The notes under the pieces were generated by a model. The model did no database searches, was not told the DNA's origin, and saw only the letters and a list, made by a program, of their open reading frames with translations. This document shows positions 46,232 through 55,577 of a stretch of 64,000 nucleotides of DNA, piece after piece. The stretch comes from Alphaproteobacteria bacterium (GTDB taxonomy: Bacteria; Pseudomonadota; Alphaproteobacteria; JBFXJJ01). The stretch is taken from positions 96,001-160,000 of the forward strand of contig JBFXJJ010000005.1 in NCBI GenBank assembly GCA_050175015.1, in the 5' to 3' direction. Position 1 is the stretch's first letter, and every line of letters starts with the position of its first letter. A program made the translations under genes and the position numbers.

Positions 46232-47646
46232 TTAAGCCTAAAATGCCTGAAAAAATTTTGAGCATAGCTTTAAAAGCAAAGACGTTTTTTATTACGGTTT
46301 GGCAGTTTTTACAATCTCTTGCCGAAGGACCCGAGCAAAAGACTTTAGAAAAACAGTTTTTACCTGCCGTTTTGGAAATTACAGAAACGCCGCCCTCTCC
46401 TCTTGGCAGAACTATGATTTATGTAATTATAACCGTCTTTACGACAGCCTTGTTATGGGCAACTTTTTCTAAAGTTGACATTGTAGCGATTGCTCCAGGA
46501 AAGTTAGTTCCAAGCGGTTATAGTAAAATAATTCAGCCGCTAAAAATTGGCATTATTGCTAATATTTTTGTGGAAGACGGGCAAAAAGTTGTCAAAGATG
46601 AACCTCTGATTGAAATCAGAGCCGAAGAAACTGGGGCTAATAAAATTCGTCTGGGGCAGGAGCTTAAGTTTGCTAAGCTTGATGTTGCAAGGCTTTCAGC
46701 GCTTCTAGAGCCTATTCCCGAAAAGGCATTCAATCCAGATGATGTAGAATCTGAACTGCTATCCCAGCATAAAACATTGCTAATCGGAGAACTAGAAAAG
46801 TATCGTGCCAGCTTATCGGTTATTGAAAAACAAATTGTGCAAAGTGAAGCCGAAAAAGCGGTATCTGAAGCCGAAATCAGAAAAATTGAACGTATGCTAC
46901 CCAATCTTAAAGAAAGGGTGGACGCTAAATATAAGCTGAAAGAACAAGGAATTGTTGCTCCTATGACATATTTAGAATTAGAACAAGATTTGATTGATTT
47001 AGAAGAGCAGCTTAATATTCAGAAAAAAAGTGTCGCCGAAATTAAAGCGCAGCTTGAAACTCAAAAAATGCAATATACTGAAACCAAAAACTCATTTAAA
47101 AATGATGTGCTTTACCGCATTAATGAAGCTCGCAACAATGTCTCGATGCTAAAAGAAGAATTATCTAATGCTGAGTGGCTAGAAGAAATGACAACTATAA
47201 AGGCTCCAGAAGCCGGCATTATTCAAGAGTTGTCAGTTCATACTGTTGGCGGAGTTGTTACAGAAGCTCAGCCGTTAATGAAACTTGTTCCCAAGGATAG
47301 TGTTTTAGAAGTCGAAGCTATGGTGCTAAACAAAGATATCGGCTTTGTTAGGGAAGAACAGCAGGCAGTAATCAAAATCGATAGTTTTCCTTTCACCAAA
47401 TATGGCACAATCGATGCAACCGTTATTGATATATCACCTGATGCGATTGAAAATGAAGAACTGGGATACGTCTATAAGGCAAAGCTTAGCCTTGCAAAAG
47501 ACCATCTGATGGTAGAGGGCAAAAAAGTTATGCTCTCCCCGGGTATGACTATCGTCGCCGAAATCAAAACAGGACAACGACGCCTTATCGAATTCCTGCT
47601 CTCCCCTATGATTAAATATACCGCCGAAAGTATGAGAGAAAGATAA
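46228..47646 (+). CDS. hlyD: Type I secretion membrane fusion protein (HlyD family)
   Basis: 'FLPAVLEI.ETPPSP', 'NKDIGFV', 'FPFTKYG', 'EIKTG.RR.IE.LLSP', ends 'MRER'. Confidence 0.95.
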   Translation: MIKPKMPEKILSIALKAKTFFITVWQFLQSLAEGPEQKTLEKQFLPAVLEITETPPSPLGRTMIYVIITVFTTALLWATFSKVDIVAIAPGKLVPSGYSKIIQPLKIGIIANIFVEDGQKVVKDEPLIEIRAEETGANKIRLGQELKFAKLDVARLSALLEPIPEKAFNPDDVESELLSQHKTLLIGELEKYRASLSVIEKQIVQSEAEKAVSEAEIRKIERMLPNLKERVDAKYKLKEQGIVAPMTYLELEQDLIDLEEQLNIQKKSVAEIKAQLETQKMQYTETKNSFKNDVLYRINEARNNVSMLKEELSNAEWLEEMTTIKAPEAGIIQELSVHTVGGVVTEAQPLMKLVPKDSVLEVEAMVLNKDIGFVREEQQAVIKIDSFPFTKYGTIDATVIDISPDAIENEELGYVYKAKLSLAKDHLMVEGKKVMLSPGMTIVAEIKTGQRRLIEFLLSPMIKYTAESMRER

Positions 47647-47690
47647 CTTTGTTGCCTAAACTAAGCTACTCTAAGAGCTGCTACCAAATT

Positions 47691-47722
47691 AAAGCTAGAG
47701 ATTATTCTCTAGCTTTTTTTAT
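47691..47722 (+). terminator. Terminator after attR-like repeat
   Basis: AAAGCTAGAG-ATTATT-CTCTAGCTTT followed by T-tract. Confidence 0.75.
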
Positions 47723-47885
47723 TCAAAACTTTGTTTCATTAACTATCTTAGAGCCAAGATTTAATCATTTGCTTTAAAAAAATATCCAAAATAACATTTA
47801 AGCATTATAAGACTTTGACATTAAGCTTTATAGTTCTTATTTTCTAATAAAAATTATAATAATATTTATCTCAAGGCATCAAAAT

Positions 47886-48659
47886 ATGAAACAAAATATA
47901 GAAAATTTAATCGATATTATGGCACTTTTGCGCACCCCAGAAAAAGGCTGTCCTTGGGATATAAAACAGAGTTTTGATACTATAGCGCCTTACACCATTG
48001 AAGAAGCCTATGAAGTTTATGATGCTATCGAAAAAAATGATATGGCAGCGTTAAAAGATGAGCTGGGAGATTTATTGCTTCAGGTAGTATATCATTCCCG
48101 TATGGCAGAAGAACAAAATATCTTTAGTTTTAATGATGTTGCCGCAATTATTTGTGAAAAGATGATTAGAAGGCACCCCCATGTTTTTGGAGAATCTGAT
48201 AAAAAAGATTGGCATGAAAAACCAATGGCATCATGGGAAACCCAGAAAGCCAAAGAAAGGCAAAAACAAAAAACTTTAGACGGTGTTGCACTTGCTCTCC
48301 CTGCTCTTATGAGAGCCATAAAACTTCAGGCAAGAGCCGCTAGAGTTGGCTTTGATTGGCCTGATGTTAAACAAGTGTTTGATAAGATTAAAGAAGAAAT
48401 CTTGGAACTAGAAGTCGAAATTGAAAATAACAACCAGATAAATATTGTTGATGAAATGGGCGACTTGCTTTTTGCGCTTGCTAATCTTGCTCGCAAATTA
48501 AATGTTGATGCTGAACAGGCTTTAAGAAAAACTAATCAAAAATTCATTAATAGGTTTGAATATATTGAAAAAAAACTGGCTGAAAAAGGACAGAAGCCTG
48601 AAGATGCAACTTTAGATGAAATGGAAGCTTATTGGCAGGAAGCTAAAAAATATACCTAG
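47886..48659 (+). CDS. mazG: Nucleoside triphosphate pyrophosphohydrolase MazG
   Basis: 'LR.P..GCPWD..Q', 'EEAYEV', 'ELGDLLLQV', 'RRHPHVF', 'GFDW'. Confidence 0.96.
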   Translation: MKQNIENLIDIMALLRTPEKGCPWDIKQSFDTIAPYTIEEAYEVYDAIEKNDMAALKDELGDLLLQVVYHSRMAEEQNIFSFNDVAAIICEKMIRRHPHVFGESDKKDWHEKPMASWETQKAKERQKQKTLDGVALALPALMRAIKLQARAARVGFDWPDVKQVFDKIKEEILELEVEIENNNQINIVDEMGDLLFALANLARKLNVDAEQALRKTNQKFINRFEYIEKKLAEKGQKPEDATLDEMEAYWQEAKKYT

Positions 48660-48697
48660 AACGAAGTTCGTTCATATGAGAGGTTTTAAGGTTGTAT

Positions 48698-48734
48698 AAA
48701 AAGTTTTGCTTTTGCTTTTACAAAAAGCAAAGCT
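48698..48734 (+). repeat. REP-like palindromic element, copy 1
   Basis: AAAGTTTTG followed by TTTGCTTTT-ACA-AAAAGCAAA hairpin; same layout at 52194-52224. Confidence 0.45.
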
Positions 48735-49449
48735 GTTGGCAAGCATTTACCGTAAGGCAAAAAAATTCGTATAATTAAATAGCTTGTATTCTAAAAACGG
48801 CTTTTTATTTAAAATTTTCTGTTTTGTAAACTTTTGTTATATTTTATTACAATATATTAACAATAATAATTAGTAAAATAACATTTTATTGCAAAATATT
48901 ATAACCATAATTAGGATAAAACATAGTTATGGTTAAAAATAATATCATTATAAAATTAAATTTACTAAACATGGTCTTGACCTTTCATAAAAATGGTAAC
49001 AAGATTTTAATTTATATTTGTTTTAATTCTGCGCTAGTTTCTAGCAATTATCAAGAATAAAAAATGCGCGAAATATTATTTTTTTAATATTTAAGATTTA
49101 ATTTATTAAAATTTGTTACAAAACTATAAACTACAAAGAAGTTTTAAATTGAATATAAAAGCAGATACTTCCTATTGAGTAATACATTGAAATTATTGTA
49201 TTTTATTCCAAGCAAAACTGTTGGGTAACTTGAGGGTAACATTATTTACTATAATTTAAAAATATAGCAAAGATGTTTTAAGATTAATATATTGATAAAT
49301 AATATTTTATTACCATATTTATAAATATTTTAGGGTAACATATAGGTAACTTTTAAATATTATTTTTTAATATAATTATTTTTTGCATAAATTTAACAAT
49401 CACATAACACATTGATTTATAATATTTTTAATATAAATATTTTTATTAA

Positions 49450-52179
49450 AATGCTTTAATTTTAAGGATATATCCTAATTATGGTTATAGTCAAACAGCC
49501 ATCACAACCTGCTCAGAATTACAGGCGATAAACAATAATCCATCTGGAGATTACTATCTAACAAATAATATCGATTGTACTAGCATTGAAAATTTCGAAC
49601 CTATAGCGTCTTTTTCTGGCTACTTTAATGGTATGGGGTTCACCATATCAAATCTAAAAATCAGTCGAAGTTCACAAGACAATATTGGACTGTTTGGCTC
49701 TACTAACAATGCTGTTATTATTAATGTTGTATTATCTAATATTAATATAAAGGGGCAAGCTAATGTTGGCGGATTAGCGGGGTATATGAACAAGTCCTAT
49801 GTTAACGGCGTTAAAATTTCTGGCTTGGTTGAAAGCAGCAGTTCTTGTGTTGGAGGTTTATCGGGACGCACAGACAACACTGGTATCTATAGCTGTTCTT
49901 TTATTGGTCATAGCAAAGGTCTTAGTGTTGATACAGGTGGAATAGTAGGATATTTCCTTACAAATTCAAGTCTTTCTAATAGTTATGCTTCAGGTGTAGT
50001 TGAAGGCACGGGATTGGTTGGAGGTTTAGTTGGACGTATGGAAATGAATACGTCTATAACTAACAGTTACGCAGATAGCTCTGTTACAGGAAGTGATCTG
50101 CATGTCGGAGGCTTGGTAGGCTGGCAGGCTTCATCTTCTGTAATTAATAGAAGTTACGCCGCTGGCGCTGTTTCGGGACCAGAAGGATACGTTGGAGGTT
50201 TAGTTGGTTGGGATTATGATAACACTCTGACTGTTACATCATCTTATTGGGATATGCAAACTTCTGGACAAGCGACAACAGCAGGAAACAAGGGGACAGG
50301 ATTAACTACCACTCAAATGAAAACACAAAGCTCTTTTGTTGATTGGAATTTTGTTGATGTTTGGAAAGCACCAGAAACTAACTATGCAAAATTAAGTTGG
50401 GAAGAGACCGTTCCAATTTCAACCTGCGAGGGACTCCAAAATATAAGCAACAACCTTGGCGGCAGTTATTATTTAGTAAATGACATTGATTGCAGCGATA
50501 CAGTTAACTGGAATAGTGGCAAAGGCTTCAGACCTATTGGGCTAAGTGATTTTTGGAACATAAGTTCTTTTCGTGGAACATTTGATGGTAAAGGTTACAA
50601 GATAACAAATCTTTATATTAATAGAACGGACGCCAGCTGTGATCTTGGTTATGGATTGTTCGGTTACGCTATACAGGCCATCATTCAGAATGTGGGAATT
50701 GAGCAAGCTAATATTAAAGGGCGTTGGATAACAGGAGCATTGATTGGCTTGGCTACCAGTAATGTTTTTGTAACCAATTGCTATTCTTCAGGAGATATTT
50801 CTGCACTAAAACAAGGGGGGCTTGCTTGCGGGCATGACGGCTTATCTCGTGCTGGAGGACTAATTGGCCAATTGTGGAGCAGCAACTCTAGAATTTATAA
50901 TGTTTATTCTAATGCTAAAGTCAGCGGTACAGGTGAAGAAATTGGAGGTTTAGTTGGAGTATTTTATGGATATGCCAATTCAACATCTTATATAAAAAAT
51001 TCGTATTCTACAGGACTTGTTGCCTGCTCTACCAATTACTGCGGCGGTTTTTTGGGGCATTTATATGAAAACGCTTATATTATCAACAGTTATTGGGATA
51101 TGCAAACTTCAGGAAAAGCCTCAAGTGCTGCGGGAGTTGGCAAATCTACATCAGATATGAAAAGTAAAAGCACATTTTCAGGCTGGGACTTTACTAATGT
51201 TTGGTATCTTATTTACGGTGATTATCCACGATTAAAAACCCCCTATCCTGTTTGCACAGGCTGTGCAGTATTAGAAGATGGCGTGTGTGTAGCGGGCGGC
51301 AGTTGTTCTGGTGAACACCCGACGTGTAATGTTACGGGCTGGGTTGGACTTTGCGAATGTTCATCTAGCACTTGCGGTGATGGTCGAGCTTGTTCTGACG
51401 GTGTTTGCGTAAACTGTGATTCTGACTCAGCTTGCGGAGCTTGTGGTTGTGGGACATCTCAAAAACCAACGGGAACAGGCGCTTGTATGAACAACAGTAT
51501 GTGCTGCCCTGGCGAATGCAATATGGCAACGGGGGCTAACTCTTGCGGTTATAGCGACGACTTATGCCCAACAGGTGTATCCTGCAATCGCTCAACCCTT
51601 TCCTGTTGTGCAAATGAGCTTCCTTATTGGCGAAGTGAAAATTGCCGATCTTGTTCATCGACCAGTGGACTTTCTGGAAATTGTCAAACGCCTGGTATGA
51701 TGTGCAACTCTCGTTACGACTGTATCGTATGTCTAGCTAATAGCCAGTGTACTTGTGAAGACGGTGAAGTAGCAGACGGTATGGGTGGCTGTGTTGAACC
51801 TTACTGTTACAGTGACAGCGAATGCGGAGTTGATGAATGCGTTAATGCTGGCTTGTATAATGCTTTTTGCTCTAACTGCAGTTCAGTAAACAAAGTATGG
51901 CACAGCACTTCTTGTGAGAGCTGTCCTGCTGGTTCGGTATATTCTAACGGCGTTTGCGTATGCTCTGACGGCAAGATGTGGAACTCAGCCAACAATCTGT
52001 GCTTATCTCGAGGCGTTATCAGCTCAGGCGGCATCTTAGACTTAAAAACATCTAATACCATAAATGCGTCAGATGAGAGATACGCCAGAATTAAACGTAA
52101 AATGAACCGCATAACCAGCAGTGCTTACGCTGGAGCAGCGCAGAAAAAAATTGAAGAGGAGGAGGAATCCCAAGAGTAA
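49450..52179 (+). CDS. GLUG-motif beta-helical surface protein with Cys-rich C-terminal region; start codon unresolved
   Basis: Two modules with 'VGGLVG' repeats and 'SYWDMQTSG..WDF..VW'; frame stays open and homologous upstream of ATG 49633 back to stop at 49447-49449. Confidence 0.75.
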   Translation, partial: NALILRIYPNYGYSQTAITTCSELQAINNNPSGDYYLTNNIDCTSIENFEPIASFSGYFNGMGFTISNLKISRSSQDNIGLFGSTNNAVIINVVLSNINIKGQANVGGLAGYMNKSYVNGVKISGLVESSSSCVGGLSGRTDNTGIYSCSFIGHSKGLSVDTGGIVGYFLTNSSLSNSYASGVVEGTGLVGGLVGRMEMNTSITNSYADSSVTGSDLHVGGLVGWQASSSVINRSYAAGAVSGPEGYVGGLVGWDYDNTLTVTSSYWDMQTSGQATTAGNKGTGLTTTQMKTQSSFVDWNFVDVWKAPETNYAKLSWEETVPISTCEGLQNISNNLGGSYYLVNDIDCSDTVNWNSGKGFRPIGLSDFWNISSFRGTFDGKGYKITNLYINRTDASCDLGYGLFGYAIQAIIQNVGIEQANIKGRWITGALIGLATSNVFVTNCYSSGDISALKQGGLACGHDGLSRAGGLIGQLWSSNSRIYNVYSNAKVSGTGEEIGGLVGVFYGYANSTSYIKNSYSTGLVACSTNYCGGFLGHLYENAYIINSYWDMQTSGKASSAAGVGKSTSDMKSKSTFSGWDFTNVWYLIYGDYPRLKTPYPVCTGCAVLEDGVCVAGGSCSGEHPTCNVTGWVGLCECSSSTCGDGRACSDGVCVNCDSDSACGACGCGTSQKPTGTGACMNNSMCCPGECNMATGANSCGYSDDLCPTGVSCNRSTLSCCANELPYWRSENCRSCSSTSGLSGNCQTPGMMCNSRYDCIVCLANSQCTCEDGEVADGMGGCVEPYCYSDSECGVDECVNAGLYNAFCSNCSSVNKVWHSTSCESCPAGSVYSNGVCVCSDGKMWNSANNLCLSRGVISSGGILDLKTSNTINASDERYARIKRKMNRITSSAYAGAAQKKIEEEEESQE

Positions 52180-52193
52180 CTTAGAAAATACCC

Positions 52194-52224
52194 AAAGTTT
52201 TGGTCTCGCTTTTAAAAAAGCGAG
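52194..52224 (+). repeat. REP-like palindromic element, copy 2
   Basis: AAAGTTTTG followed by CTCGCTTTT-AA-AAAAGCGAG hairpin. Confidence 0.45.
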
Positions 52225-52333
52225 TGCCGTCTGCAAAGACAATAAGCCTATAGCTTATAAAAAATACTAATTAAAGATAAGGAGGTGATAAATAGAAATT
52301 TAAAAAAACTTTGCAAGAACAAACCCTGATAAA

Positions 52334-52375
52334 AAAACGAGGAAGCTTTGCTTTAAGGTTAAGCTTCCTCGTTTG
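52334..52375. terminator. Bidirectional terminator
   Basis: AAACGAGGAAGCTT...AAGCTTCCTCGTTT inverted repeat between convergent genes. Confidence 0.75.
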
Positions 52376-52442
52376 TTTTTTTCATAGCAATTATTTAAGC
52401 CATTCTAACCGAAACAAGCTGTCCTTCATAAAAAATCTATAG

Positions 52443-53741
52443 CTATGCGGTCTCTGAATAGCTCATTGTTTTTTGCTGCAAAAAATTCTCAACTTTTTGT
52501 AAATCAGACAACGAAATCAAGGTTTCAAGATTAACATATTCGTCATCATCTAATCGAGAAACTACTTGAGATTTTTTATATATAAAGGCGATTGCATCAC
52601 CTGCATAAACAGGAATTTTGAAATTATGAGAAATTGCTTCTTTCGTAAGCTCAGAATCAATAAGTTTTAGAAGCTCCTCTATCCCTTCCCCTGTTATCGC
52701 TGACACTGCGGTAACTTTATATTTGCGTTCCTGAATATTCATAACTTCTGTTTTATGGTCATCTGGAATAAGATCTATCTTATTAAATACTTCAATAAGA
52801 CCGTGTTCAACTTTATCTTGGAGACCTAAATTGCAAAGCACCTGCTCAACGTCTTTTTTCTGATAAATACTGTCTTTATGAGAAATATCTCTTATATGAA
52901 GAATAATGTTAGATTGCAGCACCTCTTCTAATGTTGCTCTAAATGCCATAATAAGTTCTGTCGGCAAATCGGAAATAAAGCCAACCGTATCAGATAAAAT
53001 AACTTTTTTCCCTGATGGGAGATTAAGCAGTCTCATCGTAGGATCAAGCGTTGCAAAAAGCTGATCTTTGGCAAAAACATTAGCAGCCGACAAATAGTTA
53101 AAAAGCGTTGATTTTCCAGCATTAGTATAGCCAACCAAAGCAACTACAGGATAGGGGACTTTCTGCCTCGATTTACGGTGAAGTTCTCTGGTTTTTTTTA
53201 CATTTTCTAATTGTTTTTTTATTTTGGCAATGCGTTCGCCAATAAGCCTGCGGTCAATTTCAATCTGGGTTTCACCAGGACCACCGATAAAGCCTAAACC
53301 ACCGCGTTGTCTTTCCAAGTGGGTCCAACTGCGAACTAAGCGGCTTTTTTGATATTCTAAGTGAGCCAATTCAACTTGAAGAATACCTTCTCTTGTTTTT
53401 GCTCTAGCGCCGAATATTTCTAAAATTAGCGCGGTACGATCAATGACCTTACAATTCCAGGCTTTTTCAAGATTTCTCTGCTGAACTGGAGACAAGCTAC
53501 AATTTATTATCGCAAGCTTAATTTCATCATCTTGAATTCTTTGAGCAATTAAATCTATATTTCCTTTGCCCAGTAATGTTGAGGGCTTTATCTGTTTAAT
53601 CAAAAAGCCGAGACTAAAAACAATTTCTTGTTCAATCGCTTCAGCTAAACCACACACTTCAGCTAAACAAGATGTTATATCTCGGCTTTCTTTGTCATCA
53701 CTAAAATAAGGATGAATTACACAAGCTTTATTTTTAAGCAA
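52443..53741 (-). CDS. hflX: GTPase HflX
   Basis: 'GPGETQIEIDRR', 'GYTNAGKST', 'DQLFATLDPT', 'DTVGF', 'NKID'. Confidence 0.97.
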   Translation of the reverse strand: MLKNKACVIHPYFSDDKESRDITSCLAEVCGLAEAIEQEIVFSLGFLIKQIKPSTLLGKGNIDLIAQRIQDDEIKLAIINCSLSPVQQRNLEKAWNCKVIDRTALILEIFGARAKTREGILQVELAHLEYQKSRLVRSWTHLERQRGGLGFIGGPGETQIEIDRRLIGERIAKIKKQLENVKKTRELHRKSRQKVPYPVVALVGYTNAGKSTLFNYLSAANVFAKDQLFATLDPTMRLLNLPSGKKVILSDTVGFISDLPTELIMAFRATLEEVLQSNIILHIRDISHKDSIYQKKDVEQVLCNLGLQDKVEHGLIEVFNKIDLIPDDHKTEVMNIQERKYKVTAVSAITGEGIEELLKLIDSELTKEAISHNFKIPVYAGDAIAFIYKKSQVVSRLDDDEYVNLETLISLSDLQKVENFLQQKTMSYSETA

Positions 53742-53743
53742 GG

Positions 53744-53995
53744 CTAAACTTCTTGAAAATCTTTATCTTCTTCAAATAGTTGAATTGGAGTAACTGGCAT
53801 AATCGTTGAAATAGCATGCTTATAGACAAGCTGCGAATGCCCATCTCTTCTAAGCAACATAGAAAAACTGTCAAACCACGTAATAATGCCTTGAAGCTTA
53901 ACTCCGTTTATTAAAAATACCGTAACAGGAGCTTTATTTTTCCTCACATGGTTTAAAAAAACGTCCTGTACACTCTGGTTTTTATCTGTTGGCAT
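53744..53995 (-). CDS. hfq: RNA chaperone Hfq
   Basis: 'QDVFLN', '[10 protein letters not shown]', '[12 protein letters not shown]'. Confidence 0.98.
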   Translation of the reverse strand: MPTDKNQSVQDVFLNHVRKNKAPVTVFLINGVKLQGIITWFDSFSMLLRRDGHSQLVYKHAISTIMPVTPIQLFEEDKDFQEV

Positions 53996-54200
53996 CTCTT
54001 ATCCTTTAAATTAAATGTATATTCTAGCATCAAGTATATACTAAAGATTATAACTATCACAAAAAATATCTTTTATTACCACTATTTTTTCAAAAAAGAT
54101 ATACTTTTTTATTTGAAGTATTTGTAATACATTTTTTTATAATTTCAATCTCTAGTTATGTTATTTTTTGTTACATTTTTTTGTTATTGTAAAAAAATGA

Positions 54201-55577
54201 TTAAAAATACTCTAAACCTACAGAAAAGAATTTTTCGACATTCTTGACCGAACCCGTTGCGGCAAAAACCACGATACGGTCTCCGACTTCAATTTCAGTA
54301 AGTCCTGTAGGATTAATTACTTGGTCATCTCGCACAATAGCACCAAGCATAACTCCGGGAGGAAACCTAATATCTCTCAATGGTTTTCCTATTAACGGCG
54401 AAGTTTCTAACGCATCCGCCTCTATAATTTCACCAAAACCCTCATGGATAGAATAAGCTGAATGTATCCGCCCTTTTCTAACTTTTTGAAGAATGGTTGA
54501 AACCGTTATAGCTCTTGGGTCAATAACCGTGTCAACTCCAAGATTGTGAATCAAGCTATTATAAGTAGGGTTATTAATCAAGGTTGCCGTTCTTGGCACA
54601 CCAAAGCGTTTAGCTAACAGAGATGACAAAAGATTGACTTCGTCATCATTTGTAACCGCTATTGTTGCTTCTGAAGAATAAATCCCCGCTTCCTGCAAGA
54701 TATCACTTTCTAAAGCATCACCATTAATGACAACGGCTTCTTCCAATTCCGCAGCAATCATTTTGGCTCTGTCTGAATCTATTTCAATAACTTTACAATA
54801 TAAATTATTACTTTTCTTTTCTAATTCTTTAGCCATACAAAAGCCAACGCCGCCGCCGCCAAAAATTAATATTCTTCTGGCCTCAGCAGCTTCACAGCCG
54901 AATGTCGACATAGCTCTTTCAGTCTGCTTTGAATCGACAACGAAATAAACCTCATCATCTTTTTTAATTTGCTCATCAGCTTTAGGCAAAATTGGCTTGT
55001 TGTCTCTTATAATTCCAACTATCACCATATTTAAATCTGGAAACAAGTTAGAAATTTGTCGCATAGGGGTATTTATAACAGGACATTCGTCGCTGCATCT
55101 AACGCTAATCAACCTTACCTTATCATCTACTAAAGGTATTACTTCAATAGCCCCAGGGATCTCGAGTTTACGAATAACAGCTTTAGCAATTTCTACTTCT
55201 GGAGAAATAATAACATCTACAGGCATATTGTCATCGTCGTAAAGGCTTGCCCACAATGGTTGGAGATAATCCTGGGAACGAATCCTCGCAATTTTAACTG
55301 GAACGTTAAACAAAGAGTGTGCAACTTGGCACGAAACCATATTTATTTCGTCGGTGTTCGTAACCGCAATAAGCATATCAGCATCACGGGCGCCTGCCCT
55401 TTCTAAGACCTTAGGATGAGACGCGTGTCCAAGTACCGTTTGTACATCTAAATTACTGCTAATTTTTTCAATTAGTTCTGAACTGTTATCAATTATGGTA
55501 ACATCGTTATTATCGCTTAACAAATAACGTGCAATAGTTGAACCTACCTGTCCAGCTCCACAAATAATAACCTTCAT
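54201..55577 (-). CDS. trkA: Trk potassium transporter NAD-binding subunit
   Basis: 'MKVIICGAGQVG', two RCK_N/RCK_C pairs. Confidence 0.95.
   Translation of the reverse strand: MKVIICGAGQVGSTIARYLLSDNNDVTIIDNSSELIEKISSNLDVQTVLGHASHPKVLERAGARDADMLIAVTNTDEINMVSCQVAHSLFNVPVKIARIRSQDYLQPLWASLYDDDNMPVDVIISPEVEIAKAVIRKLEIPGAIEVIPLVDDKVRLISVRCSDECPVINTPMRQISNLFPDLNMVIVGIIRDNKPILPKADEQIKKDDEVYFVVDSKQTERAMSTFGCEAAEARRILIFGGGGVGFCMAKELEKKSNNLYCKVIEIDSDRAKMIAAELEEAVVINGDALESDILQEAGIYSSEATIAVTNDDEVNLLSSLLAKRFGVPRTATLINNPTYNSLIHNLGVDTVIDPRAITVSTILQKVRKGRIHSAYSIHEGFGEIIEADALETSPLIGKPLRDIRFPPGVMLGAIVRDDQVINPTGLTEIEVGDRIVVFAATGSVKNVEKFFSVGLEYF

Larger units (their letters stand above)
31031..47693. mobile_element. 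Genomic island at tRNA-Met carrying T1SS and RTX cassette array (no integrase seen)
   Basis: Imperfect direct repeat GAGCCGCTACCAAAATTAAA (31031-31050) / GAGCTGCTACCAAATTAAA (47675-47693), each followed by a terminator hairpin. Confidence 0.65.

Noticed and set aside
47886-48659. MazG as phage-defence gene of the island
   Set aside because: It is the two-domain housekeeping MazG, lies outside the att-like repeat and is in its usual neighbourhood near hflX.
53996-54200. Small RNA in trkA-hfq intergenic region
   Set aside because: AT-rich with no convincing stem-loop or terminator; most simply the hfq promoter.
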